From NCBI RefSeq assembly GCF_001194135.2, contig NC_068981.1, positions 168,183,137 to 168,247,136 on the forward strand: a stretch of 64,000 nucleotides of DNA, written 5' to 3'. The stretch is from Octopus bimaculoides (taxonomy: Eukaryota). The notes below the pieces were generated by a model. The model was given only the letters and a program-made list of their open reading frames with translations, was not told where the DNA came from and made no database searches. Every line of letters begins with the position of its first letter. The first letter of the stretch is position 1. This document shows positions 52,930 to 64,000 of the stretch, in pieces. The translations under genes were made by a program, and so were the position numbers.

Positions 52930-53900
52930 TCATTCATCAGTTTGCCGTGTGTGAGAGAGAATCATGATGTCATAGGAGAGAAATATGTCTACATGGATGA
53001 TGGTTCACTTGCATTTAATGAGGCTGCAGAGAGAGACTTGGAGATGCCACTATGGAAGATTGCTAAATGAAGAGAATAAATGGGAGAAAGAGAGTCTGCC
53101 AAATGTCGACCCAACAGAGGGACCAGCTATCCAAGTTGACAGTACCTTGGTAGATAAAACAATTAAGGGTATGAAGACAAGGAAAGGCCCTGGCCCATCA
53201 GGAATCACTGCAGAAATGCTTTAAAATATCTAGCGGTGTAGGCTATAGTCTAGTCAACCAGGTGATACATGAAGGAGTCATATCCAATGAATGGTGTAGC
53301 AGCACCATAGTCAACTGCTACAAAGGTAAAGGTGACGCATTAGATAGGAATAATTACAGAGGTATCAAATTGTTGGATCAGGTGATGAAAGTCACGGAAA
53401 GGGTCATAGCCCAACTAATTAGGGAGAGAGTCAGTTTAGATGAGATGCAGTTTGGGTTTTTGCCAGGGAGAAGCACCACTGATGCTATATTTCTGGTAAG
53501 ACAGCTACAGGAGAAATTCCTGACCAAAGATAAACCTCTGTACTTGGCTTTCATTGACATGGAGAAAGCCTTAGACAGGGTCCCTCGATCCCTTATCTGG
53601 TGGTCAATGTGGAAACTAGGGATAGTTGAGTGGTTAGTGAGAGTTGTACAAGCCATGTACAGGGATGCTGTCAGTAAAAATGAGGGTTGTCAACAAGTAT
53701 AGGGAAGAATTCCAGGTAGGTGTAGGGGTCCACTAAGGATCAGTCCTCAGCCCCCTCTTATTCATCATAGTCCTCCAGGCAATAACAGAGGAATTCAAGA
53801 CAGGATACTTCTGGGAGCTTCTCTGTGCTGATGACCATGCTCTAATAGCTGAGTCACTACCAGAACTAGAGAAGCTTCAGGTGTGGAAGCAAGGTCTTCT
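52930..53900 (+). mobile_element. RTE LINE reverse-transcriptase fragment
   Basis: GPGPSGITAEML, NYRGIKLLDQVMKVTERVI, QFGFLPGRSTTDAIFLVRQLQEK, LYLAFIDMEKALDRVPR, then QGSVLSPLLF-like and (Y)ADD-like segments with frameshifts. Confidence 0.92.
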
Positions 53901-56900
53901 CTTCCTGTACTTCAGATTTAAAGAAGGAACATTGTCCAAACCATTGATTTATCTTCTTTCTTGTCTTTCACATCATCATCATCATCGTCGTTTAATGTCC
54001 GCTTTCCATGCTAGCATGGGTTGGACGATTTGACTGAGGACTGGTGAAACCAGATGGCTACACCAGGCTCCAATCTGATTTGGCAGAGTTTCTACAGCTG
54101 GATGCCCTTCCTAACGCCAACCACTCAGAGAGTATTCTTTTCTACTCTTGGCACAAGGCCTGAAATTTTTGGGGAGGGAGCCAGTCGATTAGATTGATCC
54201 CAGTATGCAACTGGTACTTAATTTATTGACCCAGAAAGGATGAAAGGCAAAGTCGAACTCAGCAGAATTTGAACTCAAAACATAAAGACAGACGAAATAT
54301 CACTAAGCATTTTGCCGGGCATGCTAACGTTTCTGCCAGCTTGCCACCCTAAATAATCTTTCCTACTCTAGGCACAAAATCCGAAATTTTTTTTGGGGGG
54401 GGGGGCATATAAGTATACGCACCACAGAAAAACAATGTACTAAACAGAGTAGGAGACATGTGGGAGGGACAGTTGTTGAAGAGGTCACAGGACGTGTGAC
54501 GAAAGATTTCAGACAAAGGACGCTAAAACAAGAATAATAATAAAGCTGAAGTGAAGAAGTATATAGTGAGTTAATTGCCAAAAATATGACCATCTCCAAA
54601 TAACAATAATGACCTTATTTCATGTGGTAAGAGACGTTGTTGTTTGTTAGATCTTATTCAGTCCTAGGGTTGTAGGTTTATGGTCAAGTGTATTCCAGCC
54701 ATGACATCGTATTTGTGTACTTAAGACTACGTTCTCCTATGGGTACTTTCTTTTTTAAGTCGTAGAGTGTAATTTAAGGGAGATTTCTGTCGAGCGACTG
54801 CATCAACGCTTCTTTGTTGGCTCATAGTAACTATGTGTATAAATATATATGGTGTCTACAATATTCCAAGTGTGTTAGGGCATAACTGCAGTTCGTATAA
54901 TTAGCAGCTATTCAGTGCTGTAAAATATGTCTATTTTTAACAGGAACCCCAAGCCTTTCTAGTGTAGAGGAATCGCTAGCATTTAAGTTGTGTATATGTT
55001 TTAAATGAATTGTTCATACGTAGAAGTGTACCATGTGTGGGCTCGTGTTATCATGCCAGTGTTAATAAGAAAAGGTCAAGTTATTAAGATATGGCCATGA
55101 AAATTATACATGCGTGTGCTCAGAATATAAATGAACGTTGTAGAATTGCGTAATCTGAATTTTGAAGATAATGTGGCCAAAGGTAACCATATTAAGTCAC
55201 TACATAGGTTGGTTATGTAGAGAAAAAGAGTTGTGTATTAGGCAACTGGACATCTTAGTGACACAGTGCAAATTTCATTATCTTTCACTTCAATGGGACA
55301 TCCTGCTATGAAGTTTCTGAGCTCGGTTGTTGTTTAATCCTAGTCAGCTCTGATCAAGCAGGACTGTCTATTTTTTACCTTCTCAAACACAGCGTATGGA
55401 CGTAAAACGAATAAAATATATTAAGGACTACATCATTTAATGTGTCCTTCTTTCTTTAAAACAGTATAGTGATTCAAGGGAGGGCTTGGCTGCTGCTTTT
55501 AGCATGCCGAGCAACCACGTAAAAGCTCCCGTGTTGGCTCGCAATTAAAATCCTATTGTTGGTTTTACCTTTCATCTCACTAAAAGCAATCGCGTTATAA
55601 ATTATGAGTCTGACTTTATTGACTAGACCCACCTCTTAGACATTCCTTCTACAAACCCATAGACTTAGCCAATAAGTAATTGGCAAGGAACATAAAATAT
55701 TTTGCTGTCTTTGTGCATAGTTATTATTATGCTTTCTTGATTATTGCAGATTAGTATTAGAGGGATGGATTGGCAAACCCGTTAGAGCGTTGGACAATAA
55801 GCTTTTTACCATCTGAGCTCAAATCCTGCTAAAGTCAACTTTACTTTCAACATCCCAGGCTCGATAAAATAAGTATCGGGAATTTAGTCGATATAATTGA
55901 CTCCAAAAGTTAGGACTTAGTGTCGCTGTTAGAAATCAGTATTTTTGGTCAACTTGACCTCGCAAATAGTGGAATAGTATGTTATATTTTCTCTCTCTAT
56001 CTCTCTCTCTCATTCTCTCTTTCTTTTTCTCCCATTTTCATTGATATATGTATGTACAAATAAGTGGAGATAATTAATTACAACTTATATCCACTGATTT
56101 TTAAAATTATTATTACAATTGTTGTCTTATCCAATTTTGATACCGTAAACAATTTTTAAAGAACTAATTCGTTAAGCAACTATTTTTTCGGGTTAACGAA
56201 GTAGCTTCTAAATTGTCGTTCAACTTGCTAGAAATAACAACCAAATCCCTCTCAAACCATACACTACTTTCTTAAATTCAGAATAAACACATTAGATAAG
56301 GACTCGACGGTTTTGACTAGTCAAAGATCTACTCAATCAAAACTGACCCGATAGGAAACATTCTGTTTTTATTTATTGTTATTGCCAGCGTAAACTTTCG
56401 TACTTTAATCCTCCCATATGGTGTAGTCATCAGCTGTGATTACAACACGTTGAAATGTTCAGCATCTGGCGAATTTAATGATGCATTCCGAAAATATAAC
56501 AAATATTCTCAAATGATTTCGATTACTAAAAATGTGCCACGACACAGTTTTTGTTGTTTAACGTTAGTAAATTTTCCTTTTATGTTTTATTTCCTAAAAA
56601 TCCCTTTTATTTTTTAGCTCTCAGAAATCTATCAGAATCTCTCGCCTACTCGAAGAACTTATATATACATTCGTGTGATAGATAGACAGATAAAATAACT
56701 ACTGGCATTTGTAACAAAGACACACTAAAATATATCTATTAATTTTATGTAAACTAAATGTTCTTAAATTGGACTAAAATGAAACTTAAAAAAAACTCTT
56801 CACTTCTTTTATCGACACGGATTTGTTTGCTATAATTAAGTAAACAACTCATAGATATGAGTTTTATTCTTTGGTTTTGTATGAATTGAATGATTATCTA

Positions 56901-57279
56901 TTTTTATTTTCTGTCATCCTAACCTGCCTCAATATCATAAATATGAATGCAAAGCTATAAATTTTTTTCTATCGACACATTACAACCAAAGTTAGCGAAG
57001 AAAACTTGTTGGTTGGTTGCCCTCCACCGTGCTTATTCTTTCCCGCGAAATCTTTATCAGGAATCTGCTTTTTTTTTTAATATCTAATTAACTAATTATT
57101 TATCTAAAACAAACAAAAAAATTACGTTTTCTCTTGTTATCAATTGAAACTAAATCGGCTAATGAATGACACGGACTCACTGACCTTTGTTCTACGTAAG
57201 AAAAGACAAACAACATTCCTGGCTTAAACTGCTTCGAGTTGGTCTTGTCTCGTTTAAACGCAACCAAACCAACGACTGG

Positions 57280-57321
<42 letters not shown>

Positions 57322-59267
57322 CTATAATAATAATAATGTCTGTTCTTTTGTAAGAAACAGGGGTCCATAGAGAACCTCTTCCACGATATTTTCCAATGTA
57401 AGTTCATGTATTTTGATTTTCATATTCATTNNNNNNNNNNNNNNNNNNNNNNNNNNNNNNNNNNNNNNNNNNNNNNNNNNNNNNNNNNNNNNNNNNNNNN
57501 NNNNNNNNNNNNNNNNNNNNNNNNNNNNNNNNNNNNNNNNNNNNNNNNNNNNNNNNNNNNNNNNNNNNNNNNNNNNNNNNNNNNNNNNNNNNNNNNNNNN
57601 NNNNNNNNNNNNNNNNNNNNNNNNNNNNNNNNNNNNNNNNNNNNNNNNNNNNNNNNNNNNNNNNNNNNNNNNNNNNNNNNNNNNNNNNNNNNNNNNNNNN
57701 NNNNNNNNNNNNNNNNNNNNNNNNNNNNNNNNNNNNNNNNNNNNNNNNNNNNNNNNNNNNNNNNNNNNNNNNNNNNNNNNNNNNNNNNNNNNNNNNNNNN
57801 NNNNNNNNNNNNNNNNNNNNNNNNNNNNNNNNNNNNNNNNNNNNNNNNNNNNNNNNNNNNNNNNNNNNNNNNNNNNNNNNNNNNNNNNNNNNNNNNNNNN
57901 NNNNNNNNNNNNNNNNNNNNNNNNNNNNNNNNNNNNNNNNNNNNNNNNNNNNNNNNNNNNNNNNNNNNNNNNNNNNNNNNNNNNNNNNNNNNNNNNNNNN
58001 NNNNNNNNNNNNNNNNNNNNNNNNNNNNNNNNNNNNNNNNNNNNNNNNNNNNNNTATAAAAGTTACGAGAATTTGTTTAACGTTTACTGTGCTGAAGTTT
58101 GCGAAAACAAATAACCATATACGGGCCACTGAGGAAATTTTTATGTCGTCAGTTGACCTATAAATAGCGACCACATCAGTCTGAAATCACATAATACCAT
58201 CTTGAACAAAAAGATATTTAATAATGCGATCTAATGTGGCATTTTACCTGAAAATAAGATGGCATAGTCATGTTGGAATTTCTTCATAGATTTGCAAAAC
58301 CAAGGTTGGCTTACTACACAACCCGTACAAACGAGGAATTTCTTGGATCCAAGTTGTTTCTGCATTCTTGTGGATATTTTCTTTCGTTAGTTTTAGAATA
58401 GTTGTCCCTCAAGGTCCCAGACATCATAGGAAAAGAAAAGGTTACGGAAATGGAGGGTAGTATTAAACAACAGGAATATCGTAATAAGAAAGAAAGAAAA
58501 AAAAAAGAAATAAAACTACTTTTTCTTTACCTATGAGGTATGGGAATTCGAAGAGCAGCTGTTTCAAAACTCTTCCAAAATTTTTAACTTGTTAAACTAC
58601 GAAGGCCGAGGTCATTTTAATTTTACACTAAGAGAAGGCCATGCAAATTTGGATGAGTGAAGTCGGTTGAGTTGACCCCGATTATATGTGGCACCAATCT
58701 GTACTTTTGCTACATGTCAACTACTTTTATTTTTGTATGGTACGTAAGACACTCCAACCCTGACGGAATTTGAATTCAGAACATACAAGGTGGTGATATT
58801 AATTTAAACTCCTGCCTGGAAAAGAAAAATTAGTGTTCTGCATTTTTGTTTTACTGACTATATATAAATTCTTTCACTCTCATTACATTTACTCAGAATA
58901 ATATTTGTTCTTTGGCTCTAAGTGAGCGAATGTATGATTAAAAACATTCCTTCAAACCTTGACCATCCCATCTTTTTCTACATCAGGTACAACATAAATC
59001 AATCTAGCCTTTATTTAAGACAGTAGAATGTGAGTTAAGTGATGGAAGAGGGGATTTGGTCGCTATTTCTAGATGATCGGACAACCGTGTAGAGGCTCTC
59101 TCGTTGGCTCAATATTTGTATTTACAGAACTCAGTACATATTTGAGAATAAACATCATATATATATATCAGTATAATAGAAATATTGGCACTATCATGCT
59201 ATGTCGATTCTTTGGCTACTGACAGCTAATACCATGACTGGCCGGAGCGAGCTATATGTCTGTCTGT

Positions 59268-59527
59268 CTCTCTATCTATCTATCTATTACTCGAAAGTTC
59301 GTGCGTCCGCGCTAGCTAGTCGTGAGTGGTCGATCCTATTATTTTTAAACTTCAAACTTCATTTGTTATCTATTTTGATAAATTCTCTGTTGAAAATTAT
59401 ATTTTTATATTTTAAATAATTTGCAATTTCAGGAAATATGTTTTTATATTAAATTTGTGTTTTCTACTCACGACTAGCTAGCGCGGACGCGCGAACTTTC
59501 GAGTAATAGATAGATAGATAGAGAGAG
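59268..59527. repeat. Inverted-repeat element (MITE-like, unclassified)
   Basis: Arms 59268-59327 and 59466-59527 with 1 mismatch; AT-rich spacer of about 138 bp. Confidence 0.85.
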
Positions 59528-60945
59528 NNNNNNNNNNNNNNNNNNNNNNNNNNNNNNNNNNNNNNNNNNNNNNNNNNNNNNNNNNNNNNNNNNNNNNNNN
59601 NNNNNNNNNNNNNNNNNNNNNNNNNNNNNNNNNNNNNNNNNNNNNNNNNNNNNNNNNNNNNNNNNNNNNNNNNNNNNNNNNNNNNNNNNNNNNNNNNNNN
59701 NNNNNNNNNNNNNNNNNNNNNNNNNNNNNNNNNNNNNNNNNNNNNNNNNNNNNNNNNNNNNNNNNNNNNNNNNNNNNNNNNNNNNNNNNNNNNNNNNNNN
59801 NNNNNNNNNNNNNNNNNNNNNNNNNNNNNNNNNNNNNNNNNNNNNNNNNNNTTCGAAAGTATTGTCAAAAGATCTATACTGAAATTTTGAAAAGGAAGAA
59901 GAAAAAAAATATATATTCTAAAACTTTGGTAACTGAAAACATCCGAATGGACAAGGGATCTAAATGTACTGTATTCATAATCTTGTTGGTTACAGAAATA
60001 TATATTTCGTTACAGATTTATTATTCTTGCAGTTGAAATGCAACGATTACAAGTGAAATGTCCAATTTAATACTAACTACATTTAAAGAACTGCATGAAT
60101 GATTCATCTTAGTATTTTCTCTGGTCTTGAATCCATTTTCCACAAAGAGAAGTAACTCCCACTGGATACATTGCCAAAATCAACAGGTGTCTGGAAACCT
60201 GAAAACATTTTCCGGCATAACTACAGGGTTTGCCTTTCCCATTTTCCTTCAATGTTGATTTTATAACATCAGTATAAAAATACATAGCGGGGACAGAAGT
60301 ATAGTCGATTACATCGACATCAGCACTTGACTAACATTTTATTTTATCGATCCTATCTCACCGGTAAAAGATGGGAAAGCTATATTGACCTCAGCAGGAC
60401 TGAACTTAGAACGTAAAGAATTGCCGATCAGTACTGGCACACATCGATTACGTATCATTCGTGATTGTTATTGTCTTGTTCCTTTATTAATTTTGATCGG
60501 TAGATATGATGAAAGGCATTCTAAACTTCTATTTAAGGGCTACCGGGAACTTACATTTTGACGGAGATTTGGCTCCTATTTTTAGTAGGTCCAACATTCA
60601 TATATAGAAGGGATTAAGAACCCTTACATTGCTGCCCGCATTTAAATAAGATATCATAAATACCACCAGGTCACGAAGTACCCTAAAACCCCATAAAAAA
60701 AAAAAACAAATATTTCAAAAATATTTGCTTTCAACACGCCATAAAAAGTACTCAAAGAGTATAATTATCTGGTTAATCAATGGCATAAATTAGCCAGGTT
60801 TTCATTAATGTTATTTCTTAAGATAGCATGCACACCTTGTATTTCTCAGCACAGATGTACCAGCCACAGGTTCTTACATTTGTTATTCTCCCTCACCCTC
60901 TGGCGTAGAGTTACTTTTGGTAGCTTAGTATTGGTGACCCACGCA

Positions 60946-61740
60946 TGTGACAACTTTTAAGTATGTAAGGACGTGCAATCAGGAGAGGTGACGAGGAGTG
61001 GCTCCTTTTGTACATCGCACGGTCGATACAAATAAAAAATATGAAAAGCGAATAAATGAGTATAAGTGCCAAAAGGAAAAGAGAGTCACAACCAGTAGAA
61101 GGTTTAAGAGAAGATTTTATTGATATGTCAACTTGTGTGTCTGTGTATGTGAGTGCGACATATAAACATAATAATAGACAGGCCGTCATATAAACAAAGT
61201 GTATATGTACAAACATAGATGTATGTATGTGCGATAAGTACAGAGCATAGTAAAGAGTCTATAAGGACGTTAGAAGAAAGTCCAGACACAAGGATGGTAA
61301 ATACCAGTTCGTATTCAAGGTACACAGTGGTTGAGGTGCTGTAACAAAAAGTTGAGGCCGCGTAGCAGAGCCGGGGAAAGGCACATGTTGTGTAAGAAGT
61401 TGTGGCTTCAATGCTGCTGCCGGTTACTTGGTACAGGAGTTCTCACTGGTTGTATTTGCTGTTAGCCTTGGTGAAGCATTTCACAAACAGCGTGGAGAAT
61501 AGAAGTTGTGTGTACGTAGAGAAGTTGATGTAGACGTTAAGAAGCTAGAGGCAACAAAGATGGAGTTTGCCGTAAGCTGTTGGTTGAGTGTTGAGTCTCC
61601 ATGGGGCTGTTGTCGTATCGTCGCTAGAACTGGCTGTGTTCTGTGCTCAGCGGTTAGACCTCAAAAGGTCTGAAGTCGAGAAGACTGACAAACTGTGACG
61701 GTGAGAGGCAAGCTATGTCCGTATTCATGTCTATATAACA
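60946..61740 (-). mobile_element. Possible solo LTR
   Basis: TGT...ACA ends, minus-strand AATAAA (plus TTTATT 61116-21), composition distinct from flanks; TSD not found. Confidence 0.3.
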
Positions 61741-61903
61741 GAGAGAGAGAGAAGTATCCCATAAGGCGTACACTACAAGTACTTTTCTCTTACAACTATT
61801 AAAATTCTTTACTCTCTTGTAAGAGCGGAAACAAAATTAAAGAAGACTTTTTCCTTCTTGACGAAACTTGAATACTCCAGTTTATTGGAATGTTCATTTA
61901 AAC

Positions 61904-62100
61904 CAGGGATTGGCAACTTTTCGTCAGCTGGGGGCCGCATCGTACCATTTCCAAGTGGAAGACGGCCACTGATAAAACATGCATGAAATATTACTTGCTC
62001 ACTTTACACTGAATTTTTTGCAGTTCTTCTTAATTTTATTAGTCTGAGTATGAAATAAGTAACCTAGAAACTCGTTGAGGGCCGCAGGTTGCCATGCATG
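61904..62100. mobile_element. hAT MITE A (197 bp)
   Basis: CAGGGATTGGCAAC...GGGCCGCAGGTTGCCATGCATG, flanked by ATTTAAAC on both sides. Confidence 0.75.
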
Positions 62101-62339
62101 ATTTAAACCAATGTTTTTGAACCATTTTTTTACCTTATGGGTAGACCCCTTTGATTTCTATTTTACTCGGATGCACCCTCATAACCGTTCGATGTTTAAA
62201 AGATCCTATTTTATTTTTATAATTAAATATTATTAGGAATTGTATAAAGATAGTTAAAACATTTTCTATATTGTAGAGGGTGGCCCAAAAGTTACAAAGG
62301 TGTTAATTCATTTATGTTGTTTTAAATTTACAACTTAGC

Positions 62340-62620
62340 CCCACATACAGATGGAGGAAGCAGGTTAAGGAGGGGATCAACACTTTTGAGAGAGCAAGTA
62401 TCCAGCATGAAGAACTTAAGCGAGCTGCGCGAAAGTGCACAGCTCGTATAGTGAATGGAGAAAGCTTAATCTGCAATGTTTGCAGTTGTGTATGCTTATC
62501 AAGAGCAGGGCTCATTAGCCACCAATGGAGCCGTAAATGCAAAATGTAAGTTAGTACTAGAGCGCAGAATGTTCCTGAAGGTCGGCAATGGTCTTCCTCG
62601 GTCACGAGTGGACGGCCATT
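62340..62620 (+). mobile_element. RTE-BovB-like LINE 3' end nested in the Tc1-type element
   Basis: WRKQVKEGINTFERASIQHEELKRAARK followed by ICNVCSCVCLSRAGLISH, the RTE C-terminal zinc-finger-like motif. Confidence 0.7.
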
Positions 62621-62762
62621 GTATATGTATATATATATGTGAAGATAACAAATACGCACACCTGGTGTTTTGGGTTAAGGTTACTCCTAAAACGTATATA
62701 TATATATATCGTTTGTAAAAAACAAATCTGAAAGCAGAAGCACACTCTAAGATGTAGAGCAG

Positions 62763-62985
62763 TATATATTAAAAATGGAGAAGGGCAGTTTATGAGATTA
62801 CCTTAGGTTTCCATCCATAAAGGGCTTAGCTTTATGGCGTATCGTCAGATCCCAAAAACCTGTTGGTCCATGACCTCTTAAAAATAGGTTTTTGGAATCT
62901 GACAATATGCCATAAAGCTAAACCCTTTATGGACAGGAAACCTAAGGTAATCCCATAAACCAATCTTCCCCATTTTTAATACATA
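62763..62985. repeat. Fold-back element with about 100-bp arms
   Basis: Arms 62763-62861 and 62886-62985, 24-nt loop, roughly a dozen differences by eye. Confidence 0.85.
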
Positions 62986-63689
62986 CACACANNNNNNNNN
63001 NATTAGAAGTGAAAAGTAACATTTTGTGAATTACAAATAAAAAAATGTAATGAAAACGAATTTATTAATCTTTTAGACTCCTCTGTGATTTTTGGGCCAC
63101 CCTGTAGAAGTAAACCCCAATTTATTGTACTTAAAATCTTACATAGATTCTCAAAAGTATATGGACCCCGGTTGAAAACCACTGATTTAAACTAAATTCT
63201 GTGCAGTTATTACTAGTACGATCCTTGGATATCTTCGATTTAATAAATGTTCTTGTATTTTATGCATAAATTTATACATCATCATAACATTGTTTCATCA
63301 TGTTAAAAAATTCAGTCACTTCTTCAATTTTATTTCACAGTTAAGCTTGTTTAAAGTGTGGCATTTGACCAACCAATGTTGTGACAAGTAAGTTAATAAA
63401 TATAATAATAGGTTTGATAATGTAAACAGGAAGAAAAAAAGAACTCAAAACATGAGTATATATATATATATTTAGCAGAAGCAACAGAGTACCTCAAAGG
63501 CTGAGAGTTTTGTGTGTTAACACTTATTAAACTAGTTATACATTGAGAGGTTGTGAATTTATATTATTAAAATTTAATATTAAAAATGATTCCAAAATTT
63601 TCGTTCAATATTGAAAATTTTGTAGTTATGTTTGGGTGACTATCTTTACTGATAATCGGATATATCTATATATATATTTCGTGTTGCAA

Positions 63690-64000
63690 GACAGTGTAGG
63701 AGAGAGGATAGTGATGTTGTAGGAGAGAAATGTGTTCGCATGGATGATGGTACGCTTGCATTAAATGAGGATGCAAAGAAAGAGGTCTGGAGATGCCACT
63801 ACGATAGATTGCTTAATAAAGAGAATGAATGGGAGAAAGAGAGCCTGCCGTATGTCGACCCAATAGAGGGACCAGCTATCCGAGTTGATAGTACCAGGGT
63901 AGATAAAGCAATTAAGAGTATGAAGACCGGGAAAGCCCCCGGCCCATCAGGAGTCACTGCAGAGATGCTCAAAATATCTGGCAGTGTTGGCTATAGCCTA
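63690..64000 (+). mobile_element. RTE LINE fragment of the same family, cut by window end
   Basis: Aligns by eye with 52930-53250; encodes ...KTGKAPGPSGVTAEMLKISG. Confidence 0.9.

Larger units (their letters stand above)
62276..63104. mobile_element. Tc1/mariner-type non-autonomous element nested in MITE B
   Basis: 25-bp TIRs (G/C)AGGGTGGCCCAAAA...AGG with 4 mismatches; TA on both sides (62274-75, 63105-06). Confidence 0.75.
62109..63184. mobile_element. hAT MITE B carrying nested insertions
   Basis: TIRs CAATGTTTTTGAACC / GGTTGAAAACCACTG (3 mismatches in 15), flanked by ATTTAAAC (62101-08, 63185-92). Confidence 0.75.

Overview
Eukaryotic, AT-rich, microsatellite- and SINE-dense genomic scaffold with 8 N-gaps. 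The repeat complement looks like an octopod cephalopod (inference). Two host genes are arranged head-to-head. (1) A complete 5-coding-exon ATMIN/ASCIZ orthologue on + (37268-46367, spliced CDS 3219 nt = 1072 aa + stop, four N-terminal zinc fingers, about 14 TQT-type LC8/DYNLL1 motifs). (2) The 5' part of a probable DEF8 orthologue on - (coding exons 17244-17346 and 7950-8342); its remaining exons were not found and probably lie left of the window or in a gap. The rest is transposon-derived: three or more SINE families, RTE and other APE-type LINE fossils, a Penelope-like fossil, a CRE-clade RLE fragment, a mariner fossil, hAT/Tc1/Merlin-type MITEs and several fold-back hairpins. I found no evidence of a novel multi-gene system. 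The most unusual items are a Merlin-like MITE whose interior is inverted telomeric TTAGGG/CCCTAA arrays (32201-32378), a nested transposon stack with three copies of one 8-bp target site (61896-63192), a CRE fragment followed by twin perfect hairpins (29511-30317), and a visible CpG-depleted/CpG-retaining mosaic. All identities and counts were made by eye; no database searches were run.
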